Notes: generated from the sequence alone by a model not told the origin. DNA of 64,000 bases from Methanocaldococcus sp. 16A (GCA_049860595.1 CP187551.1); one strand, 5' to 3'; counted from the stretch's first letter, positions 1 through 10,697 are shown. A program made the numbers and translations.

Positions 1-46
1 GCTCAACCTCCGGAATCTTTTCCAATATTGGAACTAATTTTTTCAT
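1..46 (-). CDS. secY: Preprotein translocase SecY, N-terminus only (runs off the left edge)
   Basis: Reverse strand reads MKKLVPILEKIPEVE from ATG at 46, the methanococcal SecY N-terminus; lies directly downstream of rpl15. Confidence 0.9.
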   Translation of the reverse strand, partial: MKKLVPILEKIPEVE

Positions 47-93
47 ATATTCTTCCAAGTTCTCACCTTCTTAGAGTATTCAAGGATGACATT

Positions 94-182
94 TAGGTCT
101 TTTGCAGGAATAAATTTTCTATGGAAAATTGATGCCTTAAAGTATCAATTATATTATTGCCATATAAATTGCGAAAGTCCTA
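94..182. mobile_element. MITE-like element, family A (TAGGACTTTCGCA termini), slightly degenerate
   Basis: taggtcttttgcaggaataaatttt ... tgcgaaagtccta with a central imperfect hairpin; related copies at 26003, 27725, 33165, 62933. Confidence 0.75.
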
Positions 183-450
183 AAGTTTTAACTATTACCA
201 ATAATTTATTAGTTGAAGTATAAATTTTTAGTGAAAATTAACCTCATAATGGACTAAAAATGAAACAAATAAAATAAAAAATAGAAAATATGCCGAGAAA
301 AAAATAGCCGATATCGTAAATTCTTTTAAGTCATTCTTTAAATTTTTAATATATTTAATTTTCTGTGAAAAAAGAGATACTCCCCCCTCATCTAAAAATT
401 TTTCATGTTCAGAATCAAAAATTAAAAATAAAAAGAAAACTACTAATAAC

Positions 451-882
451 TTAGAGTTCAACAACCTCTCCACCTACTGCCTCAATCTTCTCTTTTGCTT
501 TCTCTGAAACTTCAATTGCTTTAACAATCATTGGAATTGTAACTTTTCCTTTACCTAAAACTTTTTCATAACCTAACTCAATTACATCTACAACAAATTT
601 ATCATCTTCTTTTTCAAATTTATCAGGGTTTTTCAACACAATTTCTTCGAGTTCTCCAACATTTATTGTTTCTAATCTTTTAATTAAGCTTGGGTGTCTC
701 TTGAATCCATACTTTCCGAAGTAGTCAGGCATGTATTTTATAATCCATGTCCATTTGTGCTTATGCCCTCCTGCCATTCCTCTTCCTCCCCTATTTCCAG
801 CCCCTCTTCTCTTCTTGTGGCTTCCTCCTCCACAGGTTCTTGAACCTCTAATTTTTTTAACTTTTTTCTTTTTTCTAATCAT
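451..882 (-). CDS. rpl15: 50S ribosomal protein uL15
   Basis: RGSRTCGGGSHKKRRGAGNRGGRGMAG and KVLGKG motifs; position in spc-type cluster. Confidence 0.98.
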   Translation of the reverse strand: MIRKKKKVKKIRGSRTCGGGSHKKRRGAGNRGGRGMAGGHKHKWTWIIKYMPDYFGKYGFKRHPSLIKRLETINVGELEEIVLKNPDKFEKEDDKFVVDVIELGYEKVLGKGKVTIPMIVKAIEVSEKAKEKIEAVGGEVVEL

Positions 883-893
883 AAACTACCACC

Positions 894-1358
894 TTACATC
901 ATTTTTTCTAATAATTCATTAATTTTCTCTCCTCTGTAACCTAAAGCTCCACCAACACTAAATGGTTTTTTAATTCCTCCTCTTTCAAATCCTTTTCTTG
1001 GTGGGTGTAATCTAAAGACAGGCTTTAATGGTGTTTCTTTTAATTTAATTTCTCCTTTTATAATCTTCTCTGCTAATTCTTCAACGTCCATTCCTGTTAA
1101 TTCCTTTATAATTTCTGGACTAACTCTTTTGTTTCCTGGTAATCTTCCTCTCTTTAAAATTAATTTAACTAATGTGTCCTTATTAATTTCTCCATAGGTT
1201 ACATAATCTTTAACTTTCTGCAACATTCCTTTAAAGGTATCTGTTTCTGGAACTATTACACAGTGATTTACTTTGTGCAATCTCAACATTTTTAGTGTAT
1301 CTGCTATATCTCTTCTTACACCAATTCTCCCTCTTATTCTAATAACAGCATAAGCCAT
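894..1358 (-). CDS. rpl30: 50S ribosomal protein uL30
   Basis: AVIRIRG...[13 protein letters not shown]...FRLHPPRKG; start set at MAYAV after GGTGA. Confidence 0.97.
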   Translation of the reverse strand: MAYAVIRIRGRIGVRRDIADTLKMLRLHKVNHCVIVPETDTFKGMLQKVKDYVTYGEINKDTLVKLILKRGRLPGNKRVSPEIIKELTGMDVEELAEKIIKGEIKLKETPLKPVFRLHPPRKGFERGGIKKPFSVGGALGYRGEKINELLEKMM

Positions 1359-1423
1359 ATCTATCACCTTATTTAAAATAAAAGTTTTAAAATAGCTCTA
1401 ATTTTAAAATGAGAAAAGTTAAT

Positions 1424-2077
1424 TTACAATACTCTTCCTTCAACAATTCCTAATTTCTCTTTGTGTTTGTCCATAGTTCTTGTAAAGTTTAAGCTTTTTA
1501 GAGCTTCAAATGTAGCCATTGCGAAGTTGTATGTTGTTCTTGTTTCTCCAAATGTCTTTGTCCAAACATCTTTAATTCCAGCTAATCCTAAAACTGCCTT
1601 AGCAACATCTCCAGCAACTAAACCAACTCCCTTTGGAGCTGGTAATATCTCTATTGCAGTACTACCACACTTTCCATATCCTTTGTATGGAATTGAGTGA
1701 GGAGTTCCACAACCACACTCCCAAGAACCACAACCTCTCTTAACTCTAATAATGTTTTTCTTTGCTTGAGCTATAGCTTTTCTAATTGCAGGCCCCACTT
1801 CCTTAGCCTTACCTTTTCCAACACCAACATAACCATTTCTGTTTCCTACAACAACGGTAGCTCTAAATCTTGCTCTTCTTCCTGACTTGTGCATTCTCTG
1901 AACTAACTTAACGTCTAAAACTTTCTCTTCCAAATCTGGAAGAAGAGCATCTACAATTTCAGGCTCTAAAATTGGTAAGTTGTTATCTAAGATGTAATCA
2001 ATGTCAGTTATTTGCCCTTCTTTAACCATTCTTCCAACAGTGGTTTTTGGTTCCCACTCGTCTATGTTGAATCTCAT
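1424..2077 (-). CDS. rps5: 30S ribosomal protein uS5
   Basis: [34 protein letters not shown]. Confidence 0.98.
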   Translation of the reverse strand: MRFNIDEWEPKTTVGRMVKEGQITDIDYILDNNLPILEPEIVDALLPDLEEKVLDVKLVQRMHKSGRRARFRATVVVGNRNGYVGVGKGKAKEVGPAIRKAIAQAKKNIIRVKRGCGSWECGCGTPHSIPYKGYGKCGSTAIEILPAPKGVGLVAGDVAKAVLGLAGIKDVWTKTFGETRTTYNFAMATFEALKSLNFTRTMDKHKEKLGIVEGRVL

Positions 2078-2086
2078 TATCTCACC

Positions 2087-2674
2087 TTAGAACATGCTGT
2101 CTATCTTTGCCTTTATTTCTTCAAAGTGTTCTGGTAATTTTTCTGGCTCTAAACCTTTCTCTAAGTATTTTGAGAACTGTTTCTTGTATTTTTCTTCATC
2201 CTGTTCTTTTAACATTTCAGCATAAGCTTTTATGTGTTCTCCCCTTATTCTATCTTCTGATGGTAATATCTCTTCTCCATGAGGAATTTCCATTCCAGCA
2301 TCTAAAGCTCCTTTTAATATTGCAAATACGGCAGCTCCTTTTGTAGCTCTGTGCAATCCAATATCTAAAACTGCCTCAGTGTAGCCTTTAGCTAATGCCT
2401 TCTTCCCTAACAAATAACCTGTTAAGTATGCTGATGGTAAGTTTCCTGTGTGTCCTTTGTAACCTAATTTAATTAACTCTCTTGAATGAGCTGAAACTAC
2501 TGTTCTATCTCCTTTCTCATCATACAATATAATTTGAGCAATGCAGTGATTTAATGACTTTCTTGCCACCAATCTTGGTTTTCTTGATAATAGTAATCTT
2601 AATCTTTTTCTGTAATCAGTTTTTGCTTCTCTTCTTCTTCTAAATTTAACTCTATAAGTTGGACCTGTTGCCAT
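2087..2674 (-). CDS. rpl18: 50S ribosomal protein uL18
   Basis: [25 protein letters not shown]. Confidence 0.98.
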   Translation of the reverse strand: MATGPTYRVKFRRRREAKTDYRKRLRLLLSRKPRLVARKSLNHCIAQIILYDEKGDRTVVSAHSRELIKLGYKGHTGNLPSAYLTGYLLGKKALAKGYTEAVLDIGLHRATKGAAVFAILKGALDAGMEIPHGEEILPSEDRIRGEHIKAYAEMLKEQDEEKYKKQFSKYLEKGLEPEKLPEHFEEIKAKIDSMF

Positions 2675-2707
2675 GCTTCCTCACCTTCCTACTAAAAATT
2701 GTTTTAA

Positions 2708-3163
2708 TTATTTTAAGAGTTCGTGTTCTTTCATGTATAGGAAGAGGTGGCTTCTACTTCTGAATGCTCCTCCTTTTGCCATTCTGTAAAGTTTTCTGTA
2801 AACTTTTCTATCAATTTTTCCAGTATCTCTTAATTGTTTGAGTGTTTTTCTTAAAGCTCTAATTGTAGCCATCCATTTTTCTTTTTGTGGAGTTCTTGCC
2901 CCAGCAGCTCCTCTTCTTGAACCTGGACCTCTTCTTCTACCTTTTCTTCTCTGCTCTTTTAATTTTTTAACTCTTGCACTGCTAATTCCTTTTTTCTGTT
3001 TCTTCTTAATAACTCCTTCTTTAATTAAAGCTCTTATATCATCTTTTGACATAGCCATTTTAACTCTTTCTAATTGTGTTGGGTCAATCCATACTCTCTC
3101 TATCCCGCATTTTAATATCTCAGCAGCCATTCTCCTTTGAACAGATACGTTCATAATTATCAC
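2708..3163 (-). CDS. rpl19e: 50S ribosomal protein eL19
   Basis: QRRMAAEILKCG..RVWIDP, YRKLYRMAKGGAF; start may be 3154. Confidence 0.97.
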   Translation of the reverse strand: MIIMNVSVQRRMAAEILKCGIERVWIDPTQLERVKMAMSKDDIRALIKEGVIKKKQKKGISSARVKKLKEQRRKGRRRGPGSRRGAAGARTPQKEKWMATIRALRKTLKQLRDTGKIDRKVYRKLYRMAKGGAFRSRSHLFLYMKEHELLK

Positions 3164-3219
3164 CTATGATAAAAGCAAATTATCTTTAAAGAAGCCTGCA
3201 ATAATGAGAGAAAAGCAAT

Positions 3220-3645
3220 TTATTCATTATTTTCATTATTTTTTTCAGCTAATTTTAATAACTCTTCCTGTTTTTCTTGTGAGATGTTTAATATTCTTAT
3301 TCCTAATTCTCTTGCTCTTTTGATAATTTCAATTTTCTTTCTTTTACCAACTGTTGAAGCAATTCTTGCTCCTTGTGTTTCTGGATTTAACTTTTCTAAA
3401 TCTTTTACATTGTAAACTAAAACATCCTCTAATCCACTTGGATGTAATCCTCTAACTGCCTTTGGCATTCTATATCCAATTTCAACAACAGGAGGTTTTT
3501 CTTTCCACTTTAATCTCATCTTGCTGTGTCTTCCTTTTGGTCTTCTCCATTTTTCTCCTAATCTCTTATGTCTGTGAGCCTCTTGTCTTATAAAGTCAGG
3601 CTTTTTCATTTTTAATTTAAATCTTAATCTTAATAGCCTGTTCAT
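3220..3645 (-). CDS. rpl32e: 50S ribosomal protein eL32
   Basis: [19 protein letters not shown]. Confidence 0.97.
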   Translation of the reverse strand: MNRLLRLRFKLKMKKPDFIRQEAHRHKRLGEKWRRPKGRHSKMRLKWKEKPPVVEIGYRMPKAVRGLHPSGLEDVLVYNVKDLEKLNPETQGARIASTVGKRKKIEIIKRARELGIRILNISQEKQEELLKLAEKNNENNE

Positions 3646-3672
3646 AATTTCCCCTCTCGCTTAAATTTTTAT

Positions 3673-4221
3673 TTAGATAGCTTTTCCAGCTTTCTCTACA
3701 ATGTAAATTCCATCTTGGAAGACTCTTGGGTCTCTTCCTTTAATTCTTGTTGCCTGCTCTATGTTAGCAGCAGTTTGTCCTACCTTTTCTTTATCAATTC
3801 CTGTAACTATAACGTCCTCTCCACTAATCTTAACGGTAACTCCTTCCATAATTCTTGCTCTTCTTGGGTGTTTCTCCCCTAAGAAGTTTTCAATGATAAC
3901 CTCATTACCTTTAACACTAACTTTCATTGGGAAGTGTGCATATCTAATCTTTAATTTGTATGTAAATCCTTCAGTAACTCCTTTAATCATGTTGTTTATA
4001 TGAGCCCTTATAGTTCCAACCATTGCTTTATCTTTTCTTCTTGGATATTCGCAAGATATAACAACTTCATCTCCTTCCTTCTTAATTACAATTTTTGGAT
4101 GCTCAAATTTCCTCCTTAACTCTTTTCCTCCACTTTTTACAACAACTTCATTGTTGTTTATCTCAACTTGAACATTTTCAGGGATTTTTACCCTTTCCTC
4201 AATATAGGCGGCAACTGGCAT
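3673..4221 (-). CDS. rpl6: 50S ribosomal protein uL6
   Basis: [23 protein letters not shown]. Confidence 0.98.
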   Translation of the reverse strand: MPVAAYIEERVKIPENVQVEINNNEVVVKSGGKELRRKFEHPKIVIKKEGDEVVISCEYPRRKDKAMVGTIRAHINNMIKGVTEGFTYKLKIRYAHFPMKVSVKGNEVIIENFLGEKHPRRARIMEGVTVKISGEDVIVTGIDKEKVGQTAANIEQATRIKGRDPRVFQDGIYIVEKAGKAI

Positions 4222-4259
4222 AAACTCACCTCAAAATTTAAATTTAATTTAGAACGTGT

Positions 4260-4652
4260 TTAATAGACATAAGCTAATAATCTTCCTCCTAATCCTCTCT
4301 TCTTAGCTTCTTCGTGGCTCATAACTCCCTGTGTAGTTGAAACAATTAATATACCAAAATCTCTTGCTGGTAAGTATCTTTTTTCAAACTTTTCATATCC
4401 AAATTTTTTGACAGGGAATCTTGGTTTTATAGCTCCACACTTGTTTATCTTCCCTATTAATTCAACTTTAAATATTCCTGCTCTACCGTCCTCTATAAAT
4501 TCAAATTCTCCTATATAGCCATTATCTTGCATAACTTTTAAAACCCTTCCAATCAATTTAGACGCTGGTTTTATATAAACTACTTTTTTACCCACTCTTT
4601 CACAGTTAGAGATATGGTTTAATGCATTTGCTAGTGGGTCCATTAAACTCAT
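4260..4652 (-). CDS. rps8: 30S ribosomal protein uS8
   Basis: [17 protein letters not shown]...[11 protein letters not shown]. Confidence 0.98.
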
Positions 4653-4698
4653 GTTTTCCCTCCATTAAGAATTTTTAATTTTGGCTGAGTGTTTTGGT

Positions 4699-4860
4699 TT
4701 AATCTAATTTCTTAAATCCTAATTTGTGAGCAATTTCTCTAAAACACTGTCTGCAGAGGTTTAATCCATACTTTCTAATTAAACCTGGACCTACATGTCC
4801 ACATCTTTGACATGGCCTAATTCCATAACCATACTTCTTTTTCCATGGTTTTTTTGCCAT
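4699..4860 (-). CDS. rps14: 30S ribosomal protein uS14, Zn-binding, 53 aa (not in the ORF track)
   Basis: Translated by hand: [53 protein letters not shown]; between rpl5 and rps8. Confidence 0.97.
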   Translation of the reverse strand: MAKKPWKKKYGYGIRPCQRCGHVGPGLIRKYGLNLCRQCFREIAHKLGFKKLD

Positions 4861-4873
4861 CCACATCACCTTT

Positions 4874-5446
4874 TTATTGTGTTTCTTCTTCCTCTTCTAA
4901 CAATACTCTCTCAACTTTAATTCCGAAGGTTTTTTCTATAAATTCAATTGCTTCTTCTCTTGTTAATCTATGTCTTCTTGGAATTTTAGCTCTACATCTC
5001 TTTCTTCTTTTAACTCTAAATCCAGGTCTTTCTAAGGTAACACAAACGTCCATACCATAAACTCCAATCATTGGGTCGTATTTTTGCCCTGGAAAATCTA
5101 TATGTTCATGAATACCAAATGAGAAGTTTCCATAATCGTCAAATGAATAATCATACAATTTTTTACCTTCTTTTTGGAATGCTTCAAATGCATTCTTTAA
5201 AAATTCCTCCGCTTTCTTTCCTCTTAATGTAACCTTTAACCCAATAGGTAACTTCTTTCTAATTCCAAATGATGGGTTTGTTTGCTTAGCTCTTGTTCTT
5301 ATTGGTTTTTGCCCTGTTAATTCTTCCATAACTTGAGCTCCTTTTGTTAATCTATCTCCACTCTCTCCTACCCCAAAATTAACAACAACTTTTTCAATTC
5401 TTGGTTTCAACATTGGATTCTTTTGCCATAATTCTTCAAAGCTCAT
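4874..5446 (-). CDS. rpl5: 50S ribosomal protein uL5
   Basis: [34 protein letters not shown]. Confidence 0.98.
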   Translation of the reverse strand: MSFEELWQKNPMLKPRIEKVVVNFGVGESGDRLTKGAQVMEELTGQKPIRTRAKQTNPSFGIRKKLPIGLKVTLRGKKAEEFLKNAFEAFQKEGKKLYDYSFDDYGNFSFGIHEHIDFPGQKYDPMIGVYGMDVCVTLERPGFRVKRRKRCRAKIPRRHRLTREEAIEFIEKTFGIKVERVLLEEEEETQ

Positions 5447-5477
5447 GTTTCTCCCTCATTTGTATATTATAAAGAGT

Positions 5478-6212
5478 TTATAATTTAATGATTGGTTCTT
5501 CATCTCCTACAACGAAGACATAATCCTTAACTGTTTTAAATTTATCTCCTTCTAAGTTCTCTAATGTAACTATATCTGGATAAATTCCTCTTTTCTCTAT
5601 TTCTACAATTCTTGCAAAGTCACCAACGTGTTTTCCTCCTGTAATATAAGCTAATTTACCTACTTCAAATGGAATGTGTGCTTTAATTTCTTGTTCAGGA
5701 ATTGAGATTAATAAAGTATCTCCTGTTTTATAAACATCTTCTTCAGCTTTTGTTGGGTCTGAAACTTTTATAACAATATTTCTTCCATCATGTAAGTTTA
5801 ATTGAATATGCCCTCCTTTAACAACTGTCTTATTTTTAATTTTACATAATTTAACATCTGGATTTTCTGTTGGTTTTAATTTAACTCTTCCTTTTCTATC
5901 AAAGAGAACTCTGTAATTTTCGTTTGCATCAGGTAATGAGACAACATCCATTAATCCAACAGGTAACTTTTCTTCTTTTCTAACTCTTCCATCAACTAAA
6001 ACTTTACCCATCTTAATGATTTTTTTAGCTTCTCTTGCGTTATCAGCATATTTTAAAACATCCCTAATAACTAACAATAATGGTATTGACTCACTCATTG
6101 GGTGTGCTCCTGGTAATGGCCTAACTGTAAATTTGTGAACCTTTCTTGGCAACTCCCATCTAACTGGAGCCGCTAATCTTTTTAAATGTCTTTTTGGACC
6201 TTTTTTTGCCAT
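5478..6212 (-). CDS. rps4e: 30S ribosomal protein eS4
   Basis: GPKRHLKRLAAP, PVGLMDV, NLHDGRN. Confidence 0.98.
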   Translation of the reverse strand: MAKKGPKRHLKRLAAPVRWELPRKVHKFTVRPLPGAHPMSESIPLLLVIRDVLKYADNAREAKKIIKMGKVLVDGRVRKEEKLPVGLMDVVSLPDANENYRVLFDRKGRVKLKPTENPDVKLCKIKNKTVVKGGHIQLNLHDGRNIVIKVSDPTKAEEDVYKTGDTLLISIPEQEIKAHIPFEVGKLAYITGGKHVGDFARIVEIEKRGIYPDIVTLENLEGDKFKTVKDYVFVVGDEEPIIKL

Positions 6213-6225
6213 CCTTTCACCTTAT

Positions 6226-6585
6226 TTACTTTTTAATGTGTTTGAATCTTCTTTCATCTTTGTCATACAACTTAATAATCATGACATTTGATGGGTGTAT
6301 TGGATAAGGAACTTCTCTTCCATCTTGTCTTTTGTTGTTTGCTCCTTCAACATATATTCTGTATCTCTTTAAATCAACTTTAATTACTTCTCCTTCCAAT
6401 CCTTTAAAGTCTCCTCTCATTATTCTAACAACATCTCCCTTTCTAACAGGGATAGCATTTCTTCCCAATTTTTCCTTCAACTCTTTTGATAACATTGCAG
6501 ACATAACTTTCCTTCTTAAGTGGAGAGGAGCATTAAATAATGCTTTTCTCTGTTTTCTTGGCTGTTTTGACTTTGTAAAAGCCAT
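6226..6585 (-). CDS. rpl24: 50S ribosomal protein uL24
   Basis: [18 protein letters not shown] motif [18 protein letters not shown]. Confidence 0.97.
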   Translation of the reverse strand: MAFTKSKQPRKQRKALFNAPLHLRRKVMSAMLSKELKEKLGRNAIPVRKGDVVRIMRGDFKGLEGEVIKVDLKRYRIYVEGANNKRQDGREVPYPIHPSNVMIIKLYDKDERRFKHIKK

Positions 6586-6617
6586 ATTTTTCACCTTTAA
6601 GATTTGTTTAAATTGAT

Positions 6618-7016
6618 TTATACAATTATCTTAGCGATTCTTGCAATACCTGGCCATCTTTCAGCTGCTTCTTTTGCTACAGGACCTTTAATATCTGAAC
6701 CCTTTGGGTTTCCATCCGGTGTTACTATAACAACTGCATTATCTGCAAACTTAACTCTTGTTCCATCAGGCCTTCTAATTTCTTTTCTCTGTCTAATAAC
6801 AACTGCTGGCAAAACCTGTTTTCTCATCTCTGGTGTACCTTTTTTAACTGTAACTACAACCATATCTCCTACTCTTGCTGTTGGTAATCTTCTTGCAACC
6901 CCTTTGTAGTTTTTCACAGCTATGATTTCAACTTCTTTAGCTCCAGTGTTGTCAGCACAAATGCATCTTGCTCCAACAGGTAATCCTCTCACAGGTTTTG
7001 AACCAATTGCTTTCAT
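6618..7016 (-). CDS. rpl14: 50S ribosomal protein uL14
   Basis: [29 protein letters not shown]. Confidence 0.98.
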   Translation of the reverse strand: MKAIGSKPVRGLPVGARCICADNTGAKEVEIIAVKNYKGVARRLPTARVGDMVVVTVKKGTPEMRKQVLPAVVIRQRKEIRRPDGTRVKFADNAVVIVTPDGNPKGSDIKGPVAKEAAERWPGIARIAKIIV

Positions 7017-7048
7017 ATTTTTTCACCTTTTAGATTTATGAATCAAAT

Positions 7049-7402
7049 TTATTCTTCTCCTTTAATTTCTTTAATATTTCCTAATTTTTCAATGACAACG
7101 AATGCTTTTGTTTTACTTATAGGTCTACATTCCATAACTCTTACAATATCTCCAACTTTTGCGTTTATGCATGGTGGATTGTGTGCTGCTAATTTTGACG
7201 TTCTTCTTTCATATCTTTCATATTTTTTGATATATTTTACAATTTCTCTCTTAATAATGACTGTTTTTTGTGGTTTATCGCTAACTACAACTCCAACAAA
7301 GCTCTGCCCTCTTACTGGCAAAGTTCCGTGAAATGGACAATTTTTATCATCACATTCTACTTCTGGAGCTTTAACTGGAATTCCAATATTTCTTGCTACC
7401 AT
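7049..7402 (-). CDS. rps17: 30S ribosomal protein uS17
   Basis: [22 protein letters not shown]. Confidence 0.98.
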   Translation of the reverse strand: MVARNIGIPVKAPEVECDDKNCPFHGTLPVRGQSFVGVVVSDKPQKTVIIKREIVKYIKKYERYERRTSKLAAHNPPCINAKVGDIVRVMECRPISKTKAFVVIEKLGNIKEIKGEE

Positions 7403-7469
7403 GTTTTTACCTCCTATTTGCAGGTTTTTAAGTTTATTTTATTGAATTTTAGAGCTAAAGATGATTAAA

Positions 7470-7638
7470 TAGGACAAAAATATTATTCATGCATCCAGAC
7501 CGTTAAACTGTCTGAATGCACTTTAATATCTATTAAGGAAGTTTTAAAGCTAAAGCTTCAATCTAATTTAATAAAAATATATTATTTTTGCATTCAAACA
7601 GTTACACTTTAATTGATATATAATGTGCGAAAGTCATA
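7470..7638. mobile_element. Degenerate family A MITE-like element with internal hairpin
   Basis: taggac at 7470, tgcgaaagtcata at 7626-7638; internal inverted repeat tgcatccagac/gtctgaatgca at 7490-7520. Confidence 0.45.
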
Positions 7639-7661
7639 TATAGAAACCTATATATTACTTT

Positions 7662-7674
7662 AACGGTTGGGGCA
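7662..7674. repeat. Downstream arm of a 13-bp inverted repeat bracketing rnp1 (partner 8025-8037)
   Basis: aacggttggggca is the exact reverse complement of tgccccaaccgtt at 8025-8037. Confidence 0.75.
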
Positions 7675-7734
7675 AAAATAAGCGTTATTATAGTAACATC
7701 TCTTTTTCTACAAAACACTTTTGAAAACTTACTG

Positions 7735-8022
7735 CTAATATGGATAAAGTATCTTTATCTTTTTCTTTAATCTCTCTTCTGGTCTCCCTATCAGCAATCT
7801 TCCATCAACTTTCACTTTACATTCATTTAATTCAAATAAGAATACTGCAATATCCTTTGGAATAGTCACTTCTTTGCCATTCTCTTTTTCTATCACTAAG
7901 GTATTTCTTGTTTCATCCACTACTCTCCCTTTAATCCCTATCATCGCTTTGTTCTTTGCATCAACAATCTCTACTCTAAGCCCTATAAGTTCATGCCTAA
8001 GTATGTTGTATGGAGTTATCAT
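7735..8022 (-). CDS. rnp1: RNase P protein component 1 (Rpp29/Pop4)
   Basis: ITPYNILRHELIGL, GIKGRVVDETRNTL, LIGRPEERL; canonical position before rps17. Confidence 0.96.
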   Translation of the reverse strand: MITPYNILRHELIGLRVEIVDAKNKAMIGIKGRVVDETRNTLVIEKENGKEVTIPKDIAVFLFELNECKVKVDGRLLIGRPEERLKKKIKILYPY

Positions 8023-8081
8023 GATGCCCCAACCGTTTTACGGGAACGGGGTGTGCCCTTTCAGGGCATCCGCGTCCCCTC
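8023..8081 (-). promoter_or_regulatory. GC-rich structured leader of rnp1 (candidate cis-regulatory RNA)
   Basis: GC-rich island in an AT-rich genome; hairpin UGCCCU-GAA-AGGGCA inside GGGGACG/CGUUCCC; alternative pairing GAUGCCC/GGGCAUC next to the start codon. Confidence 0.55.
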
Positions 8082-8132
8082 TATTTCATTTAATCCAAAA
8101 TAAAATTAAATTAAAAAGTTAAAAGTTAAAAT

Positions 8133-8444
8133 TTATCTAATTTCAATTGAATCTCTTGAGAAACCCATTTTAACGAGTTCTTCAGCAACTTTTTTTCTGT
8201 GGTCTCCCTGAAGTTCAATAGAATCTCCTTTAACAGTCCCTCCACAAGCACAAATATCTTTTAATTTCTTAGCAAGCTCTTTTAAGTCTATAACACTTGT
8301 ATCAAAACCTTCAATTATGGTCATTAATTTACCAAATCTTCTTTTTGTAACGTATATTTTTATTTTTTGTTCCTCTTTAGCTATTTCTTCACAAACACAT
8401 AATTCTTTTGGTAATCCACATCTTGGACAAATTTCTGGCATCAC
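8133..8444 (-). CDS. Translation initiation factor SUI1 / aIF-1 homolog
   Basis: [39 protein letters not shown]. Confidence 0.96.
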   Translation of the reverse strand: MMPEICPRCGLPKELCVCEEIAKEEQKIKIYVTKRRFGKLMTIIEGFDTSVIDLKELAKKLKDICACGGTVKGDSIELQGDHRKKVAEELVKMGFSRDSIEIR

Positions 8445-8549
8445 TGCACCTCTGTATTTTATATGCCATCTAAGTAATTGAGTATAGTAAATAATATTTA
8501 GATAAGGTATTTAAATTTTTCCTTGGATGTTTGGTTTAATTTTTGTTAA

Positions 8550-8762
8550 TTATTGTGAAGCCATTCTTTTCTTTTCATTCATTATTGTTAATATTCTTGC
8601 TATTGTTCTTCTAATTTCTCTCATTCTACCTGGATTTGAAGGAGCTCCAGCAACAGCTTTACTTGCTCTCTCTTTTAACAATTCTCTTTTCAATTCTACG
8701 AGTTTTTCTTTTAATTCTTCTATTGACATTTCCCTTAACTCATTAGCTCTTAATATAGCCAT
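8550..8762 (-). CDS. rpl29: 50S ribosomal protein uL29
   Basis: [27 protein letters not shown]. Confidence 0.97.
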   Translation of the reverse strand: MAILRANELREMSIEELKEKLVELKRELLKERASKAVAGAPSNPGRMREIRRTIARILTIMNEKKRMASQ

Positions 8763-8774
8763 GTTTATTCACCT

Positions 8775-9401
8775 TTATTGTTCTTCTTCAACTACATGCT
8801 TAACTTCCATATCCTCTTTAATTATAATTTCATCTGGTAATAAGACATCTGGTCTCATGATTTTTACTGTAACTCCTATAACCCCTGGCTTTGTTTTTGC
8901 TATTGCTCTTCCTTTATCAACAAGTTCTTCAGCTGGCTCTCCACAGTGTTTCATGTATCCAGCCATGAACTTCTCTGTTCTTGCTCTCTCTCCAGTTAAT
9001 TTACCTGAGATAATAACTATAACCCCTTTAGCTCCAGCGTTCATAACTCTCCTTACAGCTGTATGCCCAACTCTTCTAAAGTGTAACCCTCTCTCTAATG
9101 ACTGAGCTACTTTTTGAGCAACAACTTGAGCATCTAAATCAGGATTTTCAACAGGTTTAACATCAATTTGTGGTTTTTCAACACCAAACTCCTTAGCTAA
9201 TTTCTCTGTTAATTCTCTAATTCTAGTACCTCTTCTACCAATAACAAAACCAGGTTTCTCAGCATAGATGATAATTTTTGTTCCTATAGGTGTTTTTCTT
9301 ATATCGCAGTGGCTGTATCCCGCTCTACTTAACTCTTTCTTAAAGTACTCATCAATTAACAATCTCTTAACATTTTCTTTAACAAATGTTCTCTCAATCA
9401 T
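8775..9401 (-). CDS. rps3: 30S ribosomal protein uS3
   Basis: KH motif [20 protein letters not shown]. Confidence 0.98.
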   Translation of the reverse strand: MIERTFVKENVKRLLIDEYFKKELSRAGYSHCDIRKTPIGTKIIIYAEKPGFVIGRRGTRIRELTEKLAKEFGVEKPQIDVKPVENPDLDAQVVAQKVAQSLERGLHFRRVGHTAVRRVMNAGAKGVIVIISGKLTGERARTEKFMAGYMKHCGEPAEELVDKGRAIAKTKPGVIGVTVKIMRPDVLLPDEIIIKEDMEVKHVVEEEQ

Positions 9402-9427
9402 CTATTCCACCTTTATATCTTATTTTT

Positions 9428-9889
9428 TTAGTGGTATTCTTCTAAGATAACTTGTATATGAACTGTTTCTTGGAATTTAGGTGTAGCTCTACCAAATGCT
9501 CTTGGCATGTATCTTTTGATTGTTATTCCCTTGTTTGTTGAGATATGTTTTATTCTCAATTTTTCTACATTTAAACCTTTGTATTCAGCATTTGCCTTTG
9601 CATAGTTTAATATCTTTAAGATTGCCTTAGCTGCTTTAACTGGGTATCTACCAGCAGGCCATCCTAATTTACCTTTTCTGTGCCCTACTTTCTTGCAGTG
9701 TCTTCTAAAGAGAACAGGTCTTCTCATTGCAATAACATCTTCTAAGAACCTTATAGCATCATCCAATTTCATTCCATTTATTGATTTACATATCTCTCTT
9801 GCATGTTTTCTTGATATTGGAATATTTCTTCCCATAGCCCTTGCTGTTTTTTCAGGATTGACTTGTATCTTATATTTTAATTTAGCCAT
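9428..9889 (-). CDS. rpl22: 50S ribosomal protein uL22
   Basis: ISRKHAREIC, GRYPVKAA, PRAFGRAT. Confidence 0.98.
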   Translation of the reverse strand: MAKLKYKIQVNPEKTARAMGRNIPISRKHAREICKSINGMKLDDAIRFLEDVIAMRRPVLFRRHCKKVGHRKGKLGWPAGRYPVKAAKAILKILNYAKANAEYKGLNVEKLRIKHISTNKGITIKRYMPRAFGRATPKFQETVHIQVILEEYH

Positions 9890-10130
9890 CAATATCACCC
9901 TTAAGCTTACTTAACTGTAAGAAGTTTATATTACTTTTATTAGTGCTCAACCATAACAACCCAGAATGCCATAAAATAATAAATATCAAATTGTGAGCAT
10001 CCTGGGATTTTTCTATTTTCTATATTTGTTATCATTTTCATTTGCCTGTTTATGCTATTTAAACTTATGAATATCTCATCAACGGCAGTTAGAGATTTTA
10101 GAATGTAAGAATATAAAATTTTTAAAGTGT

Positions 10131-10147
10131 TATATATAATTTACGAA
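10131..10147 (-). promoter_or_regulatory. Probable BRE/TATA promoter of the rpl22 operon
   Basis: Minus strand reads ttcgtaaa-ttatatata, about 240 bp upstream of the rpl22 start. Confidence 0.5.
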
Positions 10148-10209
10148 TAAATAGGAAACAATAAAACAAAAACAATTTTCAGCCCAATATTCAAAAAAAG
10201 TATTAAAAT

Positions 10210-10479
10210 TTATGCCAATGAAACTTCTACTGTTTCAACGCTCTCAACATCGTCAATCTCTGCTAAAGCATTTTCTATTGGCTCTGTTCCTCCTTCTCTT
10301 TCCTCCATTTCAATAACGGTGTATATAGCGTATAAACCAAAAGCTAATGGCTCATCAAATAATCCCCTTATAGCAACATCTTGTTTTTCTAATACCTCTT
10401 TAATCTTCTCTTTTAACTCTTCTTTATTAACTTCTGGACTTGTAGGCATAATTTTTATTTTTGCTAATACAGCTGCCAT
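10210..10479 (-). CDS. ef1b: Elongation factor 1-beta
   Basis: KIMPTSPEVN, EPLAFGL, VESVETVEVSL. Confidence 0.96.
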   Translation of the reverse strand: MAAVLAKIKIMPTSPEVNKEELKEKIKEVLEKQDVAIRGLFDEPLAFGLYAIYTVIEMEEREGGTEPIENALAEIDDVESVETVEVSLA

Positions 10480-10509
10480 TTTCTCACCACATATTATTGA
10501 AATTTAGAT

Positions 10510-10674
10510 TTATGGGCCTTCAAACCCACATTTTGGACATTTGTATGGGTTGTTTAATTTTCTGCATCTCTCACATCTTACAATCTCTACTTCTCCACAG
10601 TTTGGACATGGGAATTTTGTTGATTTCTCTCTTGGTGCAATCTCAGCATTACAGCTTATGCAAATGTATTTCAT
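10510..10674 (-). CDS. Small zinc-finger protein (DUF1610/HVO_2753-like)
   Basis: Four CxxC motifs ending CPKCGFEGP; usual neighbour of EF-1beta; start set at MKYICISC because the ORF-track extension runs through a repeat. Confidence 0.9.
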   Translation of the reverse strand: MKYICISCNAEIAPREKSTKFPCPNCGEVEIVRCERCRKLNNPYKCPKCGFEGP

Positions 10675-10697
10675 CTTTCCCACCCAATAATTTTTAT

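Noticed and set aside
228-473. 81-aa minus-strand ORF between rpl15 and secY
   Set aside because: Phe-rich translation of low-complexity AT-rich DNA, overlaps the rpl15 end, no RBS or motif
7496-7504. CAGACCGTT resembling part of a Methanocaldococcus CRISPR repeat
   Set aside because: Single 9-bp match with no periodic repeat-spacer structure; no CRISPR array seen in the window
8023-8081. GC-rich hairpin considered as a SECIS element
   Set aside because: No GAA/A internal loop geometry and no nearby gene with an in-frame UGA extension
731-9914. Many plus-strand ORFs opposite ribosomal protein genes (e.g. 8527-9105, 6604-6909)
   Set aside because: Antisense shadows of strongly biased genes; the same applies to similar antisense ORFs elsewhere in the window
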